Source of the DNA: an uncultured Verrucomicrobiota bacterium | GTDB taxonomy: Bacteria > Verrucomicrobiota > Verrucomicrobiia > Limisphaerales > VHCN01 | Assembly (NCBI GenBank): GCA_964589935.1 | Contig: CAZPVD010000009.1 | Span: 88,969-152,968 of the forward strand | Reading direction: 5' to 3' | Length of the DNA: 64,000 nucleotides | Shown: positions 27,877 through 40,128 of the stretch, piece by piece | Numbering within the stretch: position 1 is the first letter of the stretch | Layout: every line of letters begins with the position of its first letter | Translations under genes and position numbers: made by a program | The notes under the pieces: model-generated | What the model saw: the letters and a program-made list of their open reading frames with translations, nothing else | The model's database searches: none | What the model was told of the DNA's origin: nothing

Positions 27877-30800
27877 CTACGGCTCGACCAAGCGCAGCCG
27901 GTAGAATTGCAACCCTGAAGCGGAGTTGGTGAGCTGTGCGTCCGCGCCGCTGCCGGTGATGTTTGTCGAGAGAGGCGACCAGTTGCCAAGCGAGGAGCTG
28001 CCTTCCAGCACGTAGCGTTTGTTAGCGACCGTGGGCCAGCGGAGCGTCACGCCCGTGGGCCGCCCACCGATGTCGGTCAGGAGTTGCGGTGCGAGTCTCA
28101 GAGATTGCGACGGGTCAAGCGGGTTGATGCCCGCGCGGAGTTTCACCCAGTTCGGCATGCCGTCCCCGACCGGATCGCTCATCGGCAGGGCGCGCGAGTC
28201 GAAGAGTGAACCAAACCAGCGCAGACGCCACTGGTCTGGAAGCCCGTCGCCGAACGATGACGTGGAACGGTCGGTGATCGTCACAAGCCCGGGCTGCATT
28301 CGGCGCGGGAGAAGCCCGAGGCCGTTGGGCGAGCCGGAGACGTGGTCGAAACGCACGAGGTATGACGCGTCCGCGGGCGCGTTTGCCGGCAGCGTGATGA
28401 GCAGGTTGCCGAAGAGCGTGTTGCCCGCTGGGATGCCGGGTGCGGTGTCGTTGAGCCACACGCCGAACCAAGCGTCGGGCGTCGGGTTGCCGGACTGGAA
28501 CGGGTTCCCGATGGCGCCAGACTGAAGAAGGTTGAATTGGACCGGCTGCGTGATTACCGGCGAGCCGTCGAGCGGTTGCACGCGCAGGCGCAGCATGAGA
28601 ACGCGCAAGGGATAGGGGCCGAAAAGCTGCACGTTGACGGGCACGGTTACAATCGGCCCGGTGCGAACGGCGTCACCGGCGGAGAAGATCATCAACGGCG
28701 GATCGGTGTTCGCCGAAGTCGTCAGCGGCCTCACCTGCTCGATCGCGGGCAACTGCATCCCGAAGGTCGGCTTGGGCAGATTGTTGGTCGTGACCGCGTT
28801 GGTGCGGAAACCGTTCGTCCAGTATCGGACATACCATGTCGAATACGGATTGAGCGAGCGGCGCAGCGTGACAAACACGTCGTCCACGTTGATCTCGCCG
28901 TCACCCATCGTGACGTTGTCAATGTTTCCGCTCGACGCATTAAGCATGTTGTTGGTCGTGCCGTTCGAGGAATCCATCGCGTCGAAGAAATCGCTGCCCA
29001 CGGGCGGGATGTTCACCTGATAGACGGCGGCGTTGAATGTCTGCGACGCGTCGTCAATCGTCAGCGTGCCGTCGCCAAAGTCGCCCGCATTGAACCAGCG
29101 GAAGTTCGACACGTCACCGACAAGATAGGGCTTGATGTTGACCGTGACTTTCTTGACCGAGTTGATCGGGCCTGTGGTCAGCGAGCCGTTCGTGGGCGCG
29201 GCGATGTTCACTCCGCCCGAGAGGTTCGTCTGAGCCGTGGCGTTAAAGACCTGGATGCGATACGTCATGCCCGTGGAGGCGGTTGCGGGAATCTGGAAGC
29301 CGAAGCCGCCAGCGATCACGCTGCCGCCGTCCTCAAGGAACTGGTTGATGTGCGCTTGCGAAAACTTGATGAGATCCTGCGCGAGCGTGTTGTAGAGGTT
29401 GGTGCGACCGACGGTTTCAAGCCACGCCACGCTGAGGACATTGACGTTTGTGTCGAGGAAGACAGCGTTGGTGAAGGTGGGAACAATGTTTGTCCTGACG
29501 CTGAAGTCCGTGGTGTTCGTGAAATAATTCGTGACGAACGAGAACGCAAACGACGGCGGAATCTTCTCGAAGAACGTAGGGTTGCTCGGAATGGGCCGCT
29601 GTAGCATGGAGGAATAGGTGAGAGGTGGTGTGCCTCCGCTGGACGTGATGGGAGGCGAACCGGTGTCGTTCGTTGCCGCCATCGAGAAGCCCAGCGAATA
29701 CATTTTCTGCCCGGGAATCAGCGTAAGCGTGACCGGCGCGAAGAACGTCTGCCCCGGCGCACCGATGAAATCGGTCGAGCCTTCGCCGCTTTCGAAGCCG
29801 AACGTGATGAGGTTCGCCGTCAGATTGCTGTTCATGTTGACGGTGCCGCCGCCGTTTCCGCTGCCGCTGGGCGCCTGCGGCACGAAGCTCGAGCCCGTCA
29901 CGGTGCGCAGCAGATGCCACGCGGCCTCGGTGACGAAGATGTTTGTCCCGCCGGAGTTGATTGTCACACCAAGCGGCTCGCGCGCCGCAGCGGGCGCTGC
30001 GCCGTCAACCCATCCGGCGAGCAACGCTGGATTCGCATTTGGCGCATCCACCCACTGGTTCGTGCCGACTCCGTAAAGCGTGCTGACCGTGCCTTGCGGC
30101 GACACGACGCGCACGCGGTGGTTGAGCCGGTCGCAGACGATGAGGCTACCGTCCGGGGCGCGCACCATCTGGTGAGGGGTGTTGAACAGGGCATCAGCCG
30201 CGAGACCGTCTTTATAGCCCGCCGCGGCGCTGCCGGCTATCAGGTTCGTCGTATTGGCGACGGGGTTTAGGTTGACGATCGCGTTGCCGCTGACGATGGC
30301 GATGGAGTTGGTGGCAAGCACGGCGACGCCGAGGGGCGACACAAGATTCGTGGCGAGCACGGCGACACCGCCCATGCTGGCGTTGGTGACGCGCTTGAGG
30401 GTGCCGCCCAGCTCCGTGACGATAAGGTTGGTGTTCGCATCGAGCGCGAGCGCCGTGGGCATAGTTAGCGCAGTCGTGTTCGTCAGGAGGATGCTGCCGG
30501 CGGAATCGTATTTGCGGAGCGTGCCGTCGCCTTGCGTCAGCACATAAAGGTTGTTGGCCGCATCCACGGCGACCGCGATGGGACCGCTGAGGCCGGTGAC
30601 GATCGTGGAAGTGAAGCTGTTCGTCAGGCCGACGTTGGAAACCTTGCGGACGGCCTTGTTGCCGAAGTCGGCCATGTAAAGGTTGCCGGCATTGTCGAGC
30701 GCGACGCCGTAGGGAACATTGAACTGTGCGAGCTTAAACGTGTTCCCATCCGCGGAGCCGGACGCGTTGTTGGTCGCAAGCGGGAAGCTTTTTGGCCCGC

Positions 30801-30939
30801 CGCCAAGCGTGCGCACGGTGGTTTGGGCGGATGCCGCGGCCGCGAATGCCAGCGCGACACAGGCCGCAACGCGATTGAGCCAGGCTCGCTGGACCGCATT
30901 CGCCCCCCGTTTCACGCTGTGGCGCGCTTTGGTTTTCAT
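27877..30939 (-). CDS. Giant secreted NHL-repeat (beta-propeller) protein with a C-terminal beta-rich region
   Basis: Signal peptide. Repeated NLYMADFGNKAVRKV, YGVALDNAGNLYMAD-type NHL motifs. Long Thr/Asn-rich beta region. Co-directional with and downstream of pilQ. Confidence 0.65.
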   Translation of the reverse strand: MKTKARHSVKRGANAVQRAWLNRVAACVALAFAAAASAQTTVRTLGGGPKSFPLATNNASGSADGNTFKLAQFNVPYGVALDNAGNLYMADFGNKAVRKVSNVGLTNSFTSTIVTGLSGPIAVAVDAANNLYVLTQGDGTLRKYDSAGSILLTNTTALTMPTALALDANTNLIVTELGGTLKRVTNASMGGVAVLATNLVSPLGVAVLATNSIAIVSGNAIVNLNPVANTTNLIAGSAAAGYKDGLAADALFNTPHQMVRAPDGSLIVCDRLNHRVRVVSPQGTVSTLYGVGTNQWVDAPNANPALLAGWVDGAAPAAAREPLGVTINSGGTNIFVTEAAWHLLRTVTGSSFVPQAPSGSGNGGGTVNMNSNLTANLITFGFESGEGSTDFIGAPGQTFFAPVTLTLIPGQKMYSLGFSMAATNDTGSPPITSSGGTPPLTYSSMLQRPIPSNPTFFEKIPPSFAFSFVTNYFTNTTDFSVRTNIVPTFTNAVFLDTNVNVLSVAWLETVGRTNLYNTLAQDLIKFSQAHINQFLEDGGSVIAGGFGFQIPATASTGMTYRIQVFNATAQTNLSGGVNIAAPTNGSLTTGPINSVKKVTVNIKPYLVGDVSNFRWFNAGDFGDGTLTIDDASQTFNAAVYQVNIPPVGSDFFDAMDSSNGTTNNMLNASSGNIDNVTMGDGEINVDDVFVTLRRSLNPYSTWYVRYWTNGFRTNAVTTNNLPKPTFGMQLPAIEQVRPLTTSANTDPPLMIFSAGDAVRTGPIVTVPVNVQLFGPYPLRVLMLRLRVQPLDGSPVITQPVQFNLLQSGAIGNPFQSGNPTPDAWFGVWLNDTAPGIPAGNTLFGNLLITLPANAPADASYLVRFDHVSGSPNGLGLLPRRMQPGLVTITDRSTSSFGDGLPDQWRLRWFGSLFDSRALPMSDPVGDGMPNWVKLRAGINPLDPSQSLRLAPQLLTDIGGRPTGVTLRWPTVANKRYVLEGSSSLGNWSPLSTNITGSGADAQLTNSASGLQFYRLRLVEP

Positions 30940-30969
30940 GGCTTGATGCGTGTTGGGATTCGTGCGGCG

Positions 30970-32595
30970 TTACTTCTTTTCCTTGCCGAATTGCGCGGGC
31001 TTGCCGCTGTCCCACGCATTGTCTTCCACGTCGGGTTTGTAAGGCACCTTTGTCTTGAGGAACTGAGTGCCGGAATTGGGGAATTCGGAACCGAGGAAGT
31101 CGGGCTCTGAGGGCTGCATGTGATAGGCTTCGACGAGGGTGGGCGTGACGAAGATGACGAGGTTCTGCTTGGAGCGGCTCTTGTCCTCATGTCGGAACAA
31201 CAGGCCGAGGCCCGGGATGTCGCCCAACAGGGGAACCTTCGTATAGGCCTTGGTTGAGGTGTTGTTGATGAGGCCGCCCATGACGAGCGTGTCTCCGCTG
31301 GGAACAATCACCTGCGTTTCGATGCGGCGGATGGAGTAGATGTTGGCGACATTGGCTTGGCCGTTGATGGTCTGATTGTCCTTGCCGTCAATGTTCGAAA
31401 CCTCAGGCACGACCTTGAGCTGGACGCGGTTGTCGGGAGTGATGCGCGGCGTGACTTCAAGGATTGTGCCGAGGTTGGTGTAGGTGATGGTCGCGCCGGC
31501 GGGGACGTTCGCGGCGCCAGGCGTGATCTGAAAGATGGGGAATGCGCGCGTGACGGAGAGCTTCGCGGTCTGGCCATCCATCATCACCGTGCGCGGCGTG
31601 GCGAGAAGATCCGTGTCGGTGTCCGTATTGAGGAAGGAAAGCACCGCGTTGACGCCGTCGGCGTTGAGGAATCCGATGGCGGGGACGAAGCCGTTGAGCG
31701 TGTTCGCGTTGAACCCGCCTGTGCCGATGGCGGTGGTGAGAGAACTTGAGCTTGTGGACTGGGGTGTGGTGGTGGAGCTGACCGTCGCGCCGCTAGGCAA
31801 CGTCGTCGTAGTAGTCACGGGCGTGCCGGGAATCGTCGTGGTTGTCGTGCCTCCGATCCGGCCGTTGCCGAAGGAGAGGTTCTGGTTTTGCAATGTGCCA
31901 CTCCAGTCAATGCCTTTCAATGTGTGCGGGTTGCGGCTGGTTTCCATGATGCGGGCCTCGATGAGCACCTGCTTGAGCGGGCCGTCGAGTTTTTCGATCA
32001 GTTCGTTGATGGACTCCCAATCTTTTTCCGTGGCGGAGATGACGAGCTGGCCGGTGCGAAGGTCCGGCGTGGCCTTGACGCGAGTGGAGACGAACGCCGG
32101 CAGAAGGGTGGCCATGTTCGTGGGACTGCTGTTCTTGAGCTGGATAACTTTTGTCACGAGCGGCTCGGCCTGGGTGGTGTCCTTGGTGGTGATGCGGACC
32201 GTTTTTGTCTTCGGGTCCGGGATCATCATCAAGTTGTAATTGTTGAGGATGGCGTCGAGCGCCTGCTGCGGGGTGACCTGCGTCATGCGGAACGCGGGAA
32301 TGCGAACCGGCTCGACTCCGGTCTTGCCGTCGGCGCTCACGCCGGCGGTGAGCTTGGGGTCGAAGAGCACGTTGATCTCCGCGCGCAGGGCGAGGCTTTT
32401 GACCACGGTGATCAGGTCGCTGTCGTCATAGGCGATGTCGGCCAGTTCGTCGGGTTTGGGTTGCGCGGGCTTGGCCGGTTCAGCGGGCGGCTTGGGCACC
32501 TCGGCCTTGCGCGGAGGTTGCGTCTGGGTTTGCGCGCGGGCGAGCGGCGCGGCCAGCATGGCGGCGAGCAACAGAAGGGCGGTTTTTGTTTTCAT
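30970..32595 (-). CDS. pilQ: Type IV pilus secretin PilQ
   Basis: Signal peptide. N-terminal AMIN-like/Pro-rich region. C-terminal secretin domain (VVPSGDTLVMGGLI...VPLLGDIPGLGLLFR...NLVIFVTPT). Operon context with pilMNOP. Confidence 0.85.
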   Translation of the reverse strand: MKTKTALLLLAAMLAAPLARAQTQTQPPRKAEVPKPPAEPAKPAQPKPDELADIAYDDSDLITVVKSLALRAEINVLFDPKLTAGVSADGKTGVEPVRIPAFRMTQVTPQQALDAILNNYNLMMIPDPKTKTVRITTKDTTQAEPLVTKVIQLKNSSPTNMATLLPAFVSTRVKATPDLRTGQLVISATEKDWESINELIEKLDGPLKQVLIEARIMETSRNPHTLKGIDWSGTLQNQNLSFGNGRIGGTTTTTIPGTPVTTTTTLPSGATVSSTTTPQSTSSSSLTTAIGTGGFNANTLNGFVPAIGFLNADGVNAVLSFLNTDTDTDLLATPRTVMMDGQTAKLSVTRAFPIFQITPGAANVPAGATITYTNLGTILEVTPRITPDNRVQLKVVPEVSNIDGKDNQTINGQANVANIYSIRRIETQVIVPSGDTLVMGGLINNTSTKAYTKVPLLGDIPGLGLLFRHEDKSRSKQNLVIFVTPTLVEAYHMQPSEPDFLGSEFPNSGTQFLKTKVPYKPDVEDNAWDSGKPAQFGKEKK

Positions 32596-32652
32596 GCGCG
32601 GTTCGGTTTGTGTCCGGGGACACGGTTGAATTCGATGGGCGCGGGCTTCGGG

Positions 32653-33225
32653 TCAAAGATCGGATCGGAGCTTGAGTTCGCGTTTTTCTTTTTCGCCTTC
32701 CACTTGGATGATGACGGAATGGTCCTTGACCTCGATGCAATGCACGCGCGCCACGCCGTTGGGCACGCGCACGGTCAGCGTGTCGCCTGCGAAGAAGTCG
32801 TAGGAATGGGTGCCCGTGTGAATGACGGCGGAGCGCTTTTTGCCGATGATGACGGCCTTGACGCTGAACTGGTCCGTGGCGGGCAGAGCCTCGCCCTGCT
32901 GGGGCGGTCGTATCACGGGCGGGTTGACAACCGTGTTCGTCGTCACGGTTACGGTCGGCGAAACTTCCACCGGTGTCGTGACCGCCGCCTGCGGACGGAG
33001 CCGGGTGGAAAGCGGAAAGAACGGATCCTTGCTCACGCCGATTTCATAGTGGAAGACAGACTTGGGGATTTCCACTTTCTTGGGCGGCGCGTTCGTCCCT
33101 GGCGCTGGCACGGTTTTGGGCGGCGCGTTCGTGGCCGCGGCGCCATCGGCGCGGTTCGCACCTGCGAAACCCGCGAGCAACAGCGCGAAGCAGCAACAGC
33201 ACGAAAGTTGTTTGGCGAAGGTCAT
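32653..33225 (-). CDS. pilP: Pilus assembly lipoprotein PilP
   Basis: Signal peptide/lipoprotein-like N-terminus. C-terminal PilP beta domain pattern (VIIGKKRSAVIHTG...GDTLTV...VHCIEVKDHSVIIQ). Operon position. Confidence 0.6.
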   Translation of the reverse strand: MTFAKQLSCCCCFALLLAGFAGANRADGAAATNAPPKTVPAPGTNAPPKKVEIPKSVFHYEIGVSKDPFFPLSTRLRPQAAVTTPVEVSPTVTVTTNTVVNPPVIRPPQQGEALPATDQFSVKAVIIGKKRSAVIHTGTHSYDFFAGDTLTVRVPNGVARVHCIEVKDHSVIIQVEGEKEKRELKLRSDL

Positions 33226-33815
33226 CGCTTGTCAGGAGGAGGTTTGATCAACGCGACGATTTCGAGCGAGAAATTCAACTTCTCCGGGTTGGCAGCCTGG
33301 GTCGCGTCCACCGGCGTCAGTTCAATATTTTGCACGCGGATGTGCGGGAAGGCGTTTTCGAAGCCCGCCAGAAACCGTCCCAGATCGTGGTAATACGCCA
33401 GGCCGCTGATTTTGTAGAGGCACGATTTGTAGGGGAAATCGGGCAGGATGCCGACCTTGACCTCCTCCGCGGTCGAGTAGTTCGGAACGTCCACGCCGCT
33501 GTAAGTGCCGGTGGATTTGAACCCGATGATAAGCGTGCGGATCCACACGTTGGTGTCGCCGGATACCATCTTGTCCTCGATCTCGGAGAGCTTGCGTTGC
33601 GCCTCTTCGAGTTCTGCCTGGGCCTGCGGCGCCTGGACAACGAGCCTCTTGGCATCCTGCTCGCGTTTTTGGGTCTCTTCAATCTTGTTCAGCAGGCCGG
33701 CATGTTTGGCTTGGAGCGGCTTGATGCCGAAAAACCAGATCGCCACCAGCGCGGCCACGCCGACAAAGGCGACCGTGCCAATCTGCTGCTTTTTTTCTTT
33801 GGTGAGCGCGGCCAT
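33222..33815 (-). CDS. pilO: Pilus assembly protein PilO
   Basis: Single N-terminal TM. Coiled-coil then periplasmic domain. Position between pilN and pilP. 4-nt overlaps. Confidence 0.65.
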   Translation of the reverse strand: MAALTKEKKQQIGTVAFVGVAALVAIWFFGIKPLQAKHAGLLNKIEETQKREQDAKRLVVQAPQAQAELEEAQRKLSEIEDKMVSGDTNVWIRTLIIGFKSTGTYSGVDVPNYSTAEEVKVGILPDFPYKSCLYKISGLAYYHDLGRFLAGFENAFPHIRVQNIELTPVDATQAANPEKLNFSLEIVALIKPPPDKR

Positions 33816-33817
33816 TC

Positions 33818-34480
33818 TTAGTAACGCACCTTTTCCGGGAACAAGGATTCGAGGGTGAACCTGAAGTAGTTCGTCCCACCCTCGATGATCGGCGGCGAAA
33901 AATTCTTGAAACTCACATTGTTCTCGTTGGTCTGGATGGTGAGGAAAACGGGATCGCTGACCAGCTTCTGCTTGAAGAGGATGAAATGCTCGTCCTCGAG
34001 CCGGCCAAAATCCCGCCCCTCGATGGTGAGCTTGACCTGCTCCGCGACACTCGCCCGTTTGCCGGGTTTCTTGGGGTCGCTCGATTTTTCCGCGGCCGTG
34101 GCGGTGTAACGGTGGTCGGCCTTGACGCGTGTGAGCTGGATGTTGGGCGAAATGGCGCGTTGAAGCACGTCAAGCTGAGGCGCCCAGAGGAAACGGTTCG
34201 TGGCCAGCGTGATGAGCGCGTCCATTTTTCGGTCCACACGCCCGATGTCCGCGAGGTTCGTGCGCGTGACCCCCGCCTGTTTTTCGAGTTGCTTCAACGC
34301 GGTTTCGATGTCGTTGAGTTCCTTCGTGGCTGCGCTGACTTTCAGGTAGAGCGACCCCGCCCACAATCCCATCATCACGGCCAGCAGCACGGCCACGAGC
34401 GCCGCACGCTTGGCTGGATCGCGCCTGCGCGCCTCTTCCTCGGCCTGCTGCTCGGCCAGTAGATTGATGCGAATGGGCAT
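33818..34480 (-). CDS. pilN: Pilus assembly protein PilN
   Basis: N-terminal INLL motif. Single TM. Coiled-coil periplasmic domain. Operon position. Confidence 0.7.
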   Translation of the reverse strand: MPIRINLLAEQQAEEEARRRDPAKRAALVAVLLAVMMGLWAGSLYLKVSAATKELNDIETALKQLEKQAGVTRTNLADIGRVDRKMDALITLATNRFLWAPQLDVLQRAISPNIQLTRVKADHRYTATAAEKSSDPKKPGKRASVAEQVKLTIEGRDFGRLEDEHFILFKQKLVSDPVFLTIQTNENNVSFKNFSPPIIEGGTNYFRFTLESLFPEKVRY

Positions 34481-34483
34481 GGT

Positions 34484-35542
34484 CTAAAAGCCCGCCATTG
34501 CCGCGCCAACGGCGACGGCAAGCTGGGGCGCGACGTTCTCGACGTCGGCAAGCTGGTGCGCCGGCAGCGCCAGCGTGAGGAAGCTTGTCGGGTTCCACGC
34601 CTGGCAGGGCACCATCAACTCGGTTTGCAGCGCCTGCACGATGGCATTGTTGCGCGCCGAGCCGCCGCTGAAAAAAACTTGGCTCACCGACTTGTCGAGC
34701 TGGTGGTCAACGAAGTCAATCGAGGCCCGCAGCTCGCGGCCGAGCGGCACGAGGATCGCCTGCGCGGCGGACTCAACCTCGGGCGTCATGGCGACCTTGC
34801 TGTTCTCCGCCTCGTCGGGCGTGACGCCGAGGGACTCGGCGAGGCTTGCCGTGAGCCGTTGCGCGCCAAACGACACCACGCGGCTGAGCATGAGCTGGCC
34901 GGTTTGCAGGACGCTGATCGTTGTGTTCCGATAGCCGATGTCCACCAGCGCCACCACCTCGTGCGAAAACATTTCCGGCATGGCCACCTCAAACGCATTG
35001 GCAGGCCCGACATAACTCAACGTGATCTGGTCGGCGACCACGCCGGCTGCCTTTACTGCGGCCTGTAGTTCGTCCACAAAGGCTTTCCGCGCGATGCCGA
35101 TGACCACGCGCGTCTTGGCCACACCCTTGGTTGGCTCTTTGCCGATGTCGCGGGACAGCAGCAGATGACAGTCGAAGAGGGAATCCGCCAGGTCCTGCTG
35201 CACATAATTCTTCCCGCTGAACCGCAGCACGGCGCGCAGTTCATCCACGGGCACGAGCGGCATTTCGGCGAAGCGCAATTCCGAGTCGGTCACACCGATG
35301 GCAAGGCTGACCTGCTTCACACGCGAACCAAGCGCGTTGAGAACCTGCTTGAGATGTTCGGCGAGGACTTCTTTCGACGGGGCTTTCTCCCCCTGCGGGG
35401 CATCCACGCACGCATAACTCAGAAATTTGTAACCGCCCCCGGAGCGCTGCACGTGCACCGCCTTGGTGACCCGCGAACCCAGATCAACCGCCACGACCTG
35501 ATCGCGTTTGCGCCGGCCATTGCTGACAAAGGGCAAGCCCAT
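34484..35542 (-). CDS. pilM: Type IV pilus assembly ATPase-like protein PilM (actin fold)
   Basis: VVAVDLGSRVTKAV...Actin/FtsA-like fold sequence. First gene of the pilMNOPQ operon. Confidence 0.8.
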   Translation of the reverse strand: MGLPFVSNGRRKRDQVVAVDLGSRVTKAVHVQRSGGGYKFLSYACVDAPQGEKAPSKEVLAEHLKQVLNALGSRVKQVSLAIGVTDSELRFAEMPLVPVDELRAVLRFSGKNYVQQDLADSLFDCHLLLSRDIGKEPTKGVAKTRVVIGIARKAFVDELQAAVKAAGVVADQITLSYVGPANAFEVAMPEMFSHEVVALVDIGYRNTTISVLQTGQLMLSRVVSFGAQRLTASLAESLGVTPDEAENSKVAMTPEVESAAQAILVPLGRELRASIDFVDHQLDKSVSQVFFSGGSARNNAIVQALQTELMVPCQAWNPTSFLTLALPAHQLADVENVAPQLAVAVGAAMAGF

Positions 35543-35615
35543 GTTTCCGCCGTCTATAACTCATCTCGGGGGGGTGAAGCAAGCCGCAATGTCACCGTAA
35601 AAATCCGTAACCTCC

Positions 35616-35638
35616 TGTCTCGCCTGAACTTCGAGACA
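35616..35638 (-). terminator. Rho-independent terminator candidate for mutS (stem TGTCTCG/CGAGACA)
   Basis: Hairpin 4 nt downstream of the mutS stop, followed on the minus strand by a GGATTTTTACGG U-rich tract. Overlaps the pilM promoter region. Confidence 0.5.
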
Positions 35639-35642
35639 AGAA

Positions 35643-38276
<2,634 letters not shown>

Positions 38277-38445
38277 GCGGCGAGACGGTAACGGGGAAAG
38301 CGCGGCCGGTCGAAAAAAATTTCCACCGCGAAACAAACCCGCCGATTTATTCACAAACCCCTCGCTATCGGCGCACAATCTGTGATGGTGGTGCTGTTTA
38401 AGAAACCATCCGCGCCTCACGCGCCTTGAAAGAGGGTGATTACGT

Positions 38446-38517
38446 CATGGCTGCAAAGAAAAAATCCGCACCGAAAAAAGTCGCCGCAAAGAAGTCCGGC
38501 GCAAAAAAGAAAAAGTA
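38446..38517 (+). CDS. 23-codon lysine/alanine-rich micro-ORF (MAAKKKSAPKKVAAKKSGAKKKK)
   Basis: AGAGGG Shine-Dalgarno 12 nt upstream of the ATG. Clean ORF ending in TAA. Histone-H1/HU-tail-like composition. Not in the supplied track because it is under 60 aa. Confidence 0.4.
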
Positions 38518-38598
38518 AGTGAGCTTCCATCCCGGGATGGCGGGCCGCGATTCAATTCGGGGCTTCCATCCCGGTTGCTTTTTATCTTTCCTTCCCGC

Positions 38599-39312
38599 AT
38601 GGCCACGCTCGTCTTCGACATCGAGACTTCACGCCTGCCACGCGAGACCTTCGACGAGGCGCAGCAGGAATACCTTTTCCGCGAGGCCGAGAAGCTCCCC
38701 GAAGCCGACCGCGAAGCGAAGCGCGCCGAGATCGAGCGCCTCTTCAACCTCTGGCCCCTCACCGCGCAGGTCGTCTGCATCGCCATGCTCAACGCCGACT
38801 CCGCGCGCGGCCAGGTACTCTTCCTCGCCGAGGATTACGACGAGACCGCCGAGGCCGGGCCGGTCGAGTTCATGCCCTGCGCGGATGAAGTCGAGCTGCT
38901 CACCGCGTTCTGGGACGCCGCGAAGCACTACAATCAAGTCGTCACCTTCAATGGGCGCGGCTTCGACGTGCCGTTTTTGTATCTGCGTTCGGCGGTGCTC
39001 AACGTGCCCATCTCGCGCAAGGACTGGCTCGGCTACCGCTACGCCATCGAGCCGCACTGCGACCTCGCCGAGCAGCTCACCTTCTACGGCGTGAGCGGGC
39101 GCGACGGCGCGGCGCGCAAGTTCAACCTCGACTTCTACTGCAAGGCCTTCGGCATCGAATCCCCAAAGGCGCAAGGCGTCACCGGCATGGACGTGACCGA
39201 CCTGCTGCGCGCGGGGAAGTTCAAGGACATCGCCGACTACTGCCTGCGCGACGTGCAAGCCACCGTGCTGCTCCACAAAATCTGGAAAGACCGCCTCGCC
39301 GGGGTCAAGTAG
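38599..39312 (+). CDS. RNase H-like 3'-5' exonuclease (PolB exonuclease-domain-like, COG3298-type)
   Basis: DEDD-type motifs FDIETS, FNGRGFDVPFL, YCLRD. 238 aa. Confidence 0.7.
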   Translation: MATLVFDIETSRLPRETFDEAQQEYLFREAEKLPEADREAKRAEIERLFNLWPLTAQVVCIAMLNADSARGQVLFLAEDYDETAEAGPVEFMPCADEVELLTAFWDAAKHYNQVVTFNGRGFDVPFLYLRSAVLNVPISRKDWLGYRYAIEPHCDLAEQLTFYGVSGRDGAARKFNLDFYCKAFGIESPKAQGVTGMDVTDLLRAGKFKDIADYCLRDVQATVLLHKIWKDRLAGVK

Positions 39313-39332
39313 CAGCCGACGGCAAAGCCGCC

Positions 39333-39728
39333 TTGCATGAGGGCGGGGCATTCCCTAAATTGAGTCCGGTGAAGCTGCATTTTGAAAACCTGCCGCCCTC
39401 GCTCGCAGGCCAGCGTGAGACACTGGCGCGCTGCCTCGAAGCCATGAACGCCGCCCAGCCGCTGCGCAAGGTCATCCTCTTCGGCTCCCACGCGCGCGGC
39501 GAGGCCCGCCCGGACAGCGACGTGGATTTGTGCCTCGTGGCCGACGGGGCGGAGCGGCAATACGACACGGCGACGACATGGCTGCGGGCCGTCTTTGATT
39601 TGCGCCCCAAGCCGTCGTTCACGCTCATTCCCGTCACCCCCGGCCGACTACGGGAAAAGCAGGCCATCGGTGATTATTTCTTCAAGACCGTTCTCGAGGA
39701 AGGAGTCCTGATTGCCGCGGAAAACTGA
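39333..39728 (+). CDS. Nucleotidyltransferase (MNT) component of an MNT/HEPN toxin-antitoxin pair
   Basis: FGSHARGEARPDSDVDL = G-S-x9-D-x-D minimal nucleotidyltransferase motif. Overlaps the HEPN gene by 17 nt. The true start may be an internal GTG/ATG. Confidence 0.75.
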   Translation: MHEGGAFPKLSPVKLHFENLPPSLAGQRETLARCLEAMNAAQPLRKVILFGSHARGEARPDSDVDLCLVADGAERQYDTATTWLRAVFDLRPKPSFTLIPVTPGRLREKQAIGDYFFKTVLEEGVLIAAEN

Positions 39729-40113
39729 CAGCAGCAATCCGGCGGACTGGCTCCGCATTGTCGAGTCCGACTTGGAACTGCTCCGGCAGGGCGTCGCGCA
39801 CGAATGGAGCTTCAACCTCTGTCGCAGCAAACTCGCCGAGACACTGGAGAAAATCATCAAGGCAGAATTGATCCGTCTCGGCTGGCCGTTGGAAAAGACA
39901 CACGACCTCGTCCGCCTGCACGACTGCATGGTCGAGTGGAAGTCCGATCTTGAGGCGCTCGCCGCGCCCATCTGCCTCGCGCTCGCGCAAGCCTACTTCT
40001 CCGACCGTTACCCCGGCTTCGATTTGGAAGCCCCGGACTGGCCGAAGTTGCGTGGCCAGCTTCAGCAGGTGGAGAACCTGCTTGCCGCCGTCCAAGCCCG
40101 CCTCGCCCGCTAA
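39712..40113 (+). CDS. HEPN domain protein (partner of MNT)
   Basis: PF05168-like pattern ...AETLEKIIKAELIRLG...KTHDLVRLHD. Size 133 aa. Operon overlap with the MNT gene. Confidence 0.7.
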   Translation: MPRKTDSSNPADWLRIVESDLELLRQGVAHEWSFNLCRSKLAETLEKIIKAELIRLGWPLEKTHDLVRLHDCMVEWKSDLEALAAPICLALAQAYFSDRYPGFDLEAPDWPKLRGQLQQVENLLAAVQARLAR

Positions 40114-40128
40114 ACTAGGAAAGACCCT

